DNA of 52,926 bases from a virus (Duplodnaviria > Caudoviricetes). Of this stretch, positions 1 to 6,721 are shown piece by piece (within the stretch, counting starts at the first letter, position 1; each line of letters begins with the position of its first letter). Made by a program: the position numbers and the translations under genes. The notes under the pieces are model-generated. The model was not told the DNA's origin, searched no databases, and was given only the letters and a program-made list of their open reading frames with translations. The stretch is from positions 1-52,926 of the IMG/VR virus record IMGVR_UViG_3300009498_000007, one strand, 5' to 3'.

Positions 1-66
1 CTAGATAAGATTCGCAATGAATCGTTTGAGCAAGTACTACCCGAATTATCGGTTGCTTTTTACTAA
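1..66 (+). CDS. 3' end of upstream gene (LDKIRNESFEQVLPELSVAFY*), possibly a radical SAM protein C-terminus
   Basis: Open frame from base 1 to TAA at 64-66; D..R..SF...PE pattern resembles the end of the 2865..4160 radical SAM protein (QDRYHGISIFDSIPEY). Confidence 0.45.
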   Translation, partial: LDKIRNESFEQVLPELSVAFY

Positions 67-81
67 AAAGGATGCTATAAT
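53..81 (+). promoter_or_regulatory. sigma70-type promoter (TTGCTT-N17-TATAAT, extended TGn -10) for gp46
   Basis: TTGCTT 53-58, TATAAT 76-81; predicted +1 falls at or near ATG 88 and no SD is visible. Confidence 0.55.
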
Positions 82-87
82 TATACA

Positions 88-1857
88 ATGTTTAAAATAA
101 AAGACTTAACTGTAAAAAACTTTATGAGTGTAGGTAATAGTACCCAAGCGGTTAATTTTAACCGCCAAGACCTCACGTTAGTGCTGGGCGAAAACTTAGA
201 TCTTGGTGGCGACGACAGCGGTGCAAGAAACGGAACAGGTAAAACAACTATACTAAATGCGTTAAGTTATGCGTTGTACGGTGAAGCACTTACCAAAATA
301 CGTAAAGATAATCTTATCAACAAAACAAATACCAAGAATATGTTGGTTACACTTGATTTTGAAGTTGATGGTAACGAGTATCGTGTTGAACGTGGTCGAA
401 AGCCTAATCTTTTTAAGTTCTATGTAAATGCACAAGAACAGGAAATGACCGACGAAAGCCAAGGCGATAGTAGACAAACTCAATTAGAAGTTGAACGTTT
501 GCTACGTATGAGTCACGAAATGTTCAAACACGTTGTAGCACTAAACACATACACTGAACCATTTCTAAGTTTAAGAGCAAATGATCAACGTGCTTTGATT
601 GAACAACTGCTTGGTATTACTATATTGAGTGATAAAGCAGACAATCTCAAAGACTTGCAAAAACTCACAAAAGATGCTGTAACGGAAGAAGAATTTCGTA
701 TCAAAGCAGTAGGAGATGCCAACGAAAGAATTGAACAGCAAATTGATAACTTGCGTAAACGTCAACGATTGTGGTATGCTCAACATGACGAGTCAATGGA
801 AAAGTTTACTAAAGGTATAGAACAGTTATCTAAAATTGATATTGATAATGAACTAGTAATACATAACAAGTTAGACAAATGGAATGAAAAAGAAAAAACG
901 TATAACGAAGCCGAACGTTGGGTAGCAAGTGCATGGAATGATACGCAAAAACAACAAGACCTAATAGATAGAATTGATAAAGAAATAGCACTACTCAAAG
1001 AACACAAGTGTCATTCGTGTGGACAAGACATTCATGATGAGAAGCAAGACGCACTTTTAAAGAGCAAAGAAAAAAATAAGAAAACAGCAAATGATGCGAT
1101 TATTGCTAACAGTCAAAAAGAAGAAGAACATACCAAAGTAATGTCTAAACATAGAAATATAGGAGATAAACCAGAAACGTTTTATCCAAGCCGCGATGAT
1201 GCTATTGAGCATAAAAACAATCTAGCCAACCTTGAAACACAACTAGCTAACAAAGAAGCAGAACAAGATCCGTATGCTGAACAGATACAAGAAATGGAAA
1301 CTGCTGGTATTGAAAAAATTGATTATGACAACCTCAATGAATTAGTAAATATAAAAGAACATCAAGAGTTCTTAATGAAGTTGTTAACAAACAAAGATAG
1401 CTTTATACGAAAAAGAATTATTGATCAAAATCTAAGTTTTTTAAATTCACGTTTGAATGTTTACTTAGACAAGATAGGGCTTCCGCATCAAGTGAAATTC
1501 TTAAACGATTTAAGTGTAGAAATTACAGAACTAGGCCGTGACTTAGATTTTGATAACCTAAGTCGTGGGGAACGCAACAGGCTTATTCTAAGCATGAGCT
1601 GGAGTTTCCGTGATGTGTGGGAAAGTTTATATCATCCAATCAACCTACTGTTCATTGATGAACTTGTAGATAGCGGAATGGACAGTTCAGGTGTAGAAAA
1701 TGCACTAGGTATACTTAAAAAAATGAGCCGTGAAAGCAATAGAAGTGTTTGGCTAGTGTCACACAAAGACGAACTAGCTGGTCGTGTTAACAATACGTTA
1801 CATGTTGTAAAGGAAAACGGCTTTACCAGTTATAACACGGACGTTGATATTGTTTGA
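88..1857 (+). CDS. gp46: Recombination endonuclease ATPase subunit (Rad50/SbcC-like, T4 gp46)
   Basis: N-terminal KNFMSVGN, Walker A NGTGKTT, coiled coil with CHSC zinc hook, signature LSRGE, Walker B LLFIDE, H-loop VSH. Confidence 0.93.
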   Translation: MFKIKDLTVKNFMSVGNSTQAVNFNRQDLTLVLGENLDLGGDDSGARNGTGKTTILNALSYALYGEALTKIRKDNLINKTNTKNMLVTLDFEVDGNEYRVERGRKPNLFKFYVNAQEQEMTDESQGDSRQTQLEVERLLRMSHEMFKHVVALNTYTEPFLSLRANDQRALIEQLLGITILSDKADNLKDLQKLTKDAVTEEEFRIKAVGDANERIEQQIDNLRKRQRLWYAQHDESMEKFTKGIEQLSKIDIDNELVIHNKLDKWNEKEKTYNEAERWVASAWNDTQKQQDLIDRIDKEIALLKEHKCHSCGQDIHDEKQDALLKSKEKNKKTANDAIIANSQKEEEHTKVMSKHRNIGDKPETFYPSRDDAIEHKNNLANLETQLANKEAEQDPYAEQIQEMETAGIEKIDYDNLNELVNIKEHQEFLMKLLTNKDSFIRKRIIDQNLSFLNSRLNVYLDKIGLPHQVKFLNDLSVEITELGRDLDFDNLSRGERNRLILSMSWSFRDVWESLYHPINLLFIDELVDSGMDSSGVENALGILKKMSRESNRSVWLVSHKDELAGRVNNTLHVVKENGFTSYNTDVDIV

Positions 1858-2872
1858 CATATCTGAATTACATATTGAAATTAGCAGTAGATGTGTGCTT
1901 AAATGCCCGCGATGTCCTAGAACTGAACTCAGCAAAGAACTAAAAGACGTTCTTAATACTGACTATTCACTCACTGACTTCAAACGTATATTCACTCCGC
2001 TTGTGTTAGACAAAGTAGAACGTATCTTGTTTTGTGGCGACAAAGGTGATCCAATATATGCAAAAGATTTCTTGCAAATTGTGCAGTATATCAAAGAGTA
2101 CAAACCAAATCTTAGAATTAGTATTACAACAAACGGCAGTTATAAATCAAGTTCCTGGTGGACTGAACTAGGAGAATCTTTATCGCCTCTTGACACTATT
2201 ACATTTAGTGTTGACGGACTTAACTCAACTAAAAACAACATGTATCGTGTTAATAGTGATATGCTGTCTATTATTGACGGAATGATTGCAATTAGCAAAA
2301 TATCTGAACACAAAAGACCGTTTATGGTTTGGAGTACTATAAGATTTAGGTTTAATCAAGACGATATACAAAAAAATAAATTTGTATTTCGAGCTAAAGA
2401 ATTAAACTTTGATAGATGGCAACTGGTTGAAAGCACCAAAGTTGGAAGTATTGATCAACAGTACTTAGATGAAAATGGGTACGACCATCTTGAGCCTATA
2501 AATATTAACGAAGCAAGTTCATTGAAAGTATATAAAAAACATTCACATTCTTTGTCAAAAAGAAAAGAACACGTTAATTATATACGTGAAGCTGAAAAGA
2601 ACAAACTAAATGGTAAAGACAGACCTTGGCAAAGTTGTTTACGTAAAGAACAAATACCAATGATTGATGTTGATGGTAAGTTTTATCCTTGTGCTTGGTT
2701 TAATAGTGGTTACATACCAAATGCTTTTGTTGAGAAATATGCAAACAAAATCAACATACGTAAAAACGGATTTGAATCAGTGATAAACAATTCGTGTTGG
2801 AAAGAGTTAGAAACTCAATGGTTAATGGCTCCGTTAGAAATTTGTAAATTGAAGTGTTATAAAAATGCCTAA
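1844..2872 (+). CDS. Radical SAM protein with C-terminal SPASM/twitch-like Cys cluster
   Basis: CVLKCPRC (CxxxCxxC), GDKGDP, TTNG, FSVDG; C-terminal C...IDVDGKFYPC...CKLKC; TTG start uncertain. Confidence 0.85.
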   Translation: MILFDISELHIEISSRCVLKCPRCPRTELSKELKDVLNTDYSLTDFKRIFTPLVLDKVERILFCGDKGDPIYAKDFLQIVQYIKEYKPNLRISITTNGSYKSSSWWTELGESLSPLDTITFSVDGLNSTKNNMYRVNSDMLSIIDGMIAISKISEHKRPFMVWSTIRFRFNQDDIQKNKFVFRAKELNFDRWQLVESTKVGSIDQQYLDENGYDHLEPININEASSLKVYKKHSHSLSKRKEHVNYIREAEKNKLNGKDRPWQSCLRKEQIPMIDVDGKFYPCAWFNSGYIPNAFVEKYANKINIRKNGFESVINNSCWKELETQWLMAPLEICKLKCYKNA

Positions 2873-4160
2873 TAAAAATATATTTTGTAATATTCCGTGG
2901 TTTGAACTGAACATTAATAATGATGGAAGTTTTGATCTGTGTGGCTGTCAAAATGATAAAATTATCAACACTGAGTTAGGTGAAGAATGGAATATCAAAA
3001 AGATGACCATTGACGAGTATTGGAATAGTACTCGTATGCAAGAGAAACGTAATATTAAACTTGGTGACACCGTTGATCCAATGTGTAAGATGTGTCAAAT
3101 GAAGGACCAAGCTGGGTACACCAGTGCTAGACAAAAAGAAAATTTAAAAAGTGTTATTTTCCAAGATGCATTTGATCGTAGTTTTGAGCAAAGTCCGCAT
3201 AAAGAACTTTTTACTGAAGTAACTGAAAGTAACATTCACAGTTTGCATCTAAACATTGGGAATACATGTAACTTAGCCTGTAAGTTTTGTGCTCCAGAAG
3301 CGAGTTCAAGAATTGCTAGTTTTCAAAGATCAGCTAAATGGATTCCTGAAACATGGAAACTAGAACCGTGGATTAAAGATGCAGTTGCTTATCAAAATTT
3401 TAGAGATTGGTTTGATAACAATTACAAACATCTTAAAGTTGTACATCTAATAGGTGGAGAGCCAGCATTAATTGATGAGTTTGCTGATTTAATTGATTTA
3501 TTCAGTGAACACGATATGAAGCATTTAAACCTAAGTTTTACAACAAACGGAACTTATACATATAATGAATATGCTAAACAATTTAAAAAATTTAAACGAG
3601 TTGAAATTGGTATTAGTATTGAAACAGCAGATGAAAGCAACAACTATATAAGAACTGGAAGTAATATTGATGAAATATTAGAAAACATTACTTCCATGCA
3701 AAAGAAGATGCCATTTGTTGATTTTGCATTCAGAACAGTACCAAACTTGCTTAGTGTTGGACGCTACCACACTCTGCTAAAAGAGGGTCTAAAAAGACGT
3801 ATTCCAATTGATGCAAGTTACCCACATAGACCAAGTTGGATGATGTCAGAACTACTGCCAGACGGGCATAAAGAGCTCGCTATTAAACATCTACAAGAAT
3901 TTGCAGACAGTATTAAACTAGACAGTAAAAAATTTAATAACACTAAAAATGCTAACAACGTTGAACTATCTCTTAAACGTGAAGCTGAAGCATTAATAAA
4001 ACACTTGCAACGACCAGTTGGTGACGAAGACGAAGCATTTAGACGTAGAGCAGAGGCCGCAAGTAGAATAGCTACACAAGACAGGTATCACGGAATTAGT
4101 ATATTTGATAGTATTCCAGAATACTTTGGATGGTTAAGAGAGCATGGATACAGTAATTAA
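2865..4160 (+). CDS. Radical SAM protein with N-terminal SPASM/twitch-like domain
   Basis: N-terminal FCNIPW..INNDGSFDLCGC...CKMC; central CNLACKFC, IGGEP, FTTNG, ISIE. Confidence 0.87.
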   Translation: MPNKNIFCNIPWFELNINNDGSFDLCGCQNDKIINTELGEEWNIKKMTIDEYWNSTRMQEKRNIKLGDTVDPMCKMCQMKDQAGYTSARQKENLKSVIFQDAFDRSFEQSPHKELFTEVTESNIHSLHLNIGNTCNLACKFCAPEASSRIASFQRSAKWIPETWKLEPWIKDAVAYQNFRDWFDNNYKHLKVVHLIGGEPALIDEFADLIDLFSEHDMKHLNLSFTTNGTYTYNEYAKQFKKFKRVEIGISIETADESNNYIRTGSNIDEILENITSMQKKMPFVDFAFRTVPNLLSVGRYHTLLKEGLKRRIPIDASYPHRPSWMMSELLPDGHKELAIKHLQEFADSIKLDSKKFNNTKNANNVELSLKREAEALIKHLQRPVGDEDEAFRRRAEAASRIATQDRYHGISIFDSIPEYFGWLREHGYSN

Positions 4161-4584
4161 AATTAAGCTCAAGCCAATTTGGCACATAGATCCTCCTGAG
4201 TTTTGTATTGACTGGGACGGTGATTGGCTATTCAATGATAAGATTGAAAAAGAACAAGAATTTACATTTCGTGTTGAAGGAAAGACCGGAAAACATGAGT
4301 TAGGATTTACTTTGCTTAACAAAAACGATAACGATACCGTTACTAAAGGCAAAGAAATTATCAAGGATAAAGCAGTCTCAATTGAATCAGTTTCAATCGA
4401 AGGGTTTGAATTTGATAGCTTTATGCACTTGATTGAGTATAAGGATCAATATAAGAGAAAAAAGAAGAAATATGGTAACTACGTATGCTGGAATCAACGT
4501 TGGGTTTTACCAATGGAGTTTCCAGTTTTCACCTGGATTCATAAATTAGAAAATTTAGGGTGGATCTACGGAGACACTATATAG
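4144..4584 (+). CDS. Hypothetical protein, overlapping the radical SAM gene
   Basis: 146 aa ORF, ATG overlapping upstream stop, Trp-rich C-terminus. Confidence 0.7.
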   Translation: MDTVIKIKLKPIWHIDPPEFCIDWDGDWLFNDKIEKEQEFTFRVEGKTGKHELGFTLLNKNDNDTVTKGKEIIKDKAVSIESVSIEGFEFDSFMHLIEYKDQYKRKKKKYGNYVCWNQRWVLPMEFPVFTWIHKLENLGWIYGDTI

Positions 4585-4588
4585 TAAT

Positions 4589-5029
4589 ATGTCGTGGACT
4601 TACAATGATCAACTTGTAACAGAATTACCGGAAGATTGTGTAGGTTTTGTTTACTTAATTACTAATACTGAAAGTGAACGCAAGTATATTGGTAAAAAGC
4701 TAGCCAAGTTTGCTAGAACAAGATACCGTGTTGTTAAACTGAAGAATGGTAATAAAAAACGCAAGAAGATCAGAGATAAAGTAGACAGCGACTGGCAAGA
4801 ATATTATGGCTCATCAAACGAACTAAACAAAGACATCGAAGCACTCGGCAAAGACTGCTTTAAACGTGAAATACTTTACTATTGTTACAGCAAGGCAGAG
4901 TGTAGTTACGTTGAAGCAAGAGAACAATTCAGGCACAAAGTATTGGAATCTGATAACTGGTACAACGGACTTATCCGTGTTAGAGTTAACAGAAGTCAAC
5001 ACGTCATAAATGAAAACAATCAAGATTAA
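4589..5029 (+). CDS. Compact GIY-YIG family endonuclease
   Basis: GFVYLITN...RKYIGKK (GIY-YIG), YYGSS, catalytic-type Glu in YVEAREQ, WYN; basic insert RTRYRVVKLKNGNKKRKKIR. Confidence 0.85.
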   Translation: MSWTYNDQLVTELPEDCVGFVYLITNTESERKYIGKKLAKFARTRYRVVKLKNGNKKRKKIRDKVDSDWQEYYGSSNELNKDIEALGKDCFKREILYYCYSKAECSYVEAREQFRHKVLESDNWYNGLIRVRVNRSQHVINENNQD

Positions 5030-5437
5030 GGCTTACAAGAGCTCTGTTTAGTCGAGGTAGCTCGACTCGTCAAGATACTGCGTGAAAAATTCGCCGTTGG
5101 GTGTGACGTTGCTCAAGGAATAATGCTAACTTTAGGCTCAAATGATGTGGCTCTGTGAGACAGATACAACCACAATTGACTACATGCTGGTTGGATGTGT
5201 GTAGAAGATACCGTTGATACGTGAACGCTAGAGTAAGGGGTACAGATTAACCGCCTCTGTATAGGAAACTATAATCTCTTCGAACCAACTGACTGCTGAT
5301 ACTCGGATGATGCTATCACAGACAACATTCACCCGGCAACGGGTGAATTATGACTACTTCATCTGGATGATACTAGAATAAATGTTAAAAAAAAGTTTAC
5401 GAAACGACAGTGAGTAAACAGATCACGTAAGTGATCT
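5030..5437 (+). ncRNA. Candidate large structured non-coding RNA (family not recognised)
   Basis: No ORF in track; ~45% GC over 5031-5370 (hand count); perfect hairpins 5050-5067, 5260-5273 (GAAA loop), 5327-5348 (GCAA loop), 5420-5437 (GTAA loop); GNRA loops and G-U pairs read on + strand. Confidence 0.6.
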
Positions 5438-5673
5438 TAATAGAATGGCAATTTACTTTGCTTAGTTATTTCTAAATTACTATCTATAATTTTACCAATT
5501 AGTTTACGTTCAGCTTGATCAAGATTGTGTGCTTCTGTGTAAGTTAATCCACCACGCATGTACCAACACATTCTTAAGAGCTCTTCTTTTATTGCCTCGA
5601 CTTCTCTGTCAAACCCTTTTAAAAAGGATATGACGTCTTGCTCAGTTTTTAATTGGAGGAGGCTTCTGCGAAA
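5437..5673 (-). CDS. gp51-like C-terminal frame, probably reached by -1 frameshift from the gp26-like gene (alternatively a 44 aa ORF from ATG 5571)
   Basis: Stop-free frame FRRSLLQLKTEQDVISFLKGFDREVEAIKEELLRMCWYMRGGLTYTEAHNLDQAERKLIGKIIDSNLEITKQSKLPFY*, TAA at 5439-5437; not in ORF track. Confidence 0.7.
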   Translation of the reverse strand, partial: FRRSLLQLKTEQDVISFLKGFDREVEAIKEELLRMCWYMRGGLTYTEAHNLDQAERKLIGKIIDSNLEITKQSKLPFY

Positions 5674-6632
5674 AAAGATGAGTAATCAAACTCCAATGGA
5701 GCTTCCCATTCATGATTACAATTTGTACATTTTAACTTTAGATCAGCACCGCTAGATGTTTTTTGTATTTCAACAAGTTTGTCTTGTAATTCACGCATTA
5801 CTCCTGCATCAGCATTTTGGAAAAACTCTTTAATAAAATTACCGTCGGTTACTTGTGTGCCGTCTGGCATAACAATAGCTTCAGTACTAGCAGTAATGTT
5901 ATCAAATCCCATATCCATAATACGACTAAAACCATCTGTAAGCTGTTTAGACTTTTCTTCTTCTGGCATGTCCATATCAACCACAACATTATTAATACGT
6001 TCTTCTTGAAAGCGTAACTGACTTAATCTTGTTATTGCATCATAGTACTGTGGCTTTAATTTAAAACCTAAATCACCAATTTGTACTGGAGTATTGTAGT
6101 CTGGCATTGTAATTCCAGCTAAACGTTGTCCTAGTGGAAGACTATATGTGTTTTCGTGCTCGCATTTTGGGCAAGTTGAATTGACATCCATATCTTCTCC
6201 AAAACTTGCAATACGAATAGCAATCAATAGTGCGTCGGTATCAATACTAGGCATTCCCCAAGCATCTCTTACTGATGGACAACAACTTTCGATTACACTA
6301 ACCATTGATTGTCCATTCATTAATCCATCTGGTGTACGTAATGCAACTTCATCTTTTGCAGTCATTGCAAAAATTGGAACTTCTCCTGTAGCAGGAAGTT
6401 CTAGTGCATTTGGTTTCCAGTATTGTCCTTTGCTAGGCAAAGCTAAATGAATCTTTGGTTGCCTAAAGTGTTTGGCAAGTGGATTTTGCGGTTGCTCTGG
6501 TATCTGGGGTGCTTGTTGAGGTGCTTGTTGTGGTGCTTGTTGTGGTTGCATGTTAGCAAAACTAACATTTTGTGGTCCAGGTAACGGTACACCAGCTGGA
6601 TTTGGCTGGTTTGGGGGATTTTGATTTTCCAT
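5649..6632 (-). CDS. Baseplate hub assembly / tail assembly chaperone (T4 gp26-like)
   Basis: LPSKG, MTAKDE, LLIAIRIASFGE, two CxxC pairs (CPKC, CTNC); Pro/Gln-rich N-terminus; divergent from tape measure gene. Confidence 0.75.
   Translation of the reverse strand: MENQNPPNQPNPAGVPLPGPQNVSFANMQPQQAPQQAPQQAPQIPEQPQNPLAKHFRQPKIHLALPSKGQYWKPNALELPATGEVPIFAMTAKDEVALRTPDGLMNGQSMVSVIESCCPSVRDAWGMPSIDTDALLIAIRIASFGEDMDVNSTCPKCEHENTYSLPLGQRLAGITMPDYNTPVQIGDLGFKLKPQYYDAITRLSQLRFQEERINNVVVDMDMPEEEKSKQLTDGFSRIMDMGFDNITASTEAIVMPDGTQVTDGNFIKEFFQNADAGVMRELQDKLVEIQKTSSGADLKLKCTNCNHEWEAPLEFDYSSFFAEASSN
5670..5676 (-). other. -1 ribosomal frameshift slippery heptamer T TTT TTC
   Basis: In-frame X XXY YYZ heptamer ending 6 sense codons before the gp26-like stop; -1 frame is open for 77 more codons. 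Confidence 0.65.
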
Positions 6633-6644
6633 GGTTTTAGATCC

Positions 6645-6652
6645 TATAAATA
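6645..6652 (+). promoter_or_regulatory. T4-type late promoter TATAAATA (tape measure gene)
   Basis: Exact gp55 consensus upstream of ATG 6722. Confidence 0.7.
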
Positions 6653-6679
6653 CATTATATAAATGTGATTGCTACAGTG

Positions 6680-6687
6680 TATTTATG
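6680..6687 (-). promoter_or_regulatory. Late promoter variant CATAAATA (gp26-like gene)
   Basis: Reverse complement of TATTTATG, 48 nt upstream of ATG 6632. Confidence 0.6.
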
Positions 6688-6721
6688 GTAAAATATACCC
6701 ACATTAAGGAAAAGATATATT

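Noticed and set aside
5030-5437. tmRNA, RNase P RNA, tRNA or group I intron as identity of the structured region
   Set aside because: No tRNA-like GGGG..TTCGA..CCA ends, no GAGGAAAGTCC, no recognisable P/Q/R/S elements, and no interrupted host gene; an Infernal search is still needed
5558-5755. Plus-strand 65 aa ORF
   Set aside because: Antisense to the gp26/gp51-like frames, no supporting features
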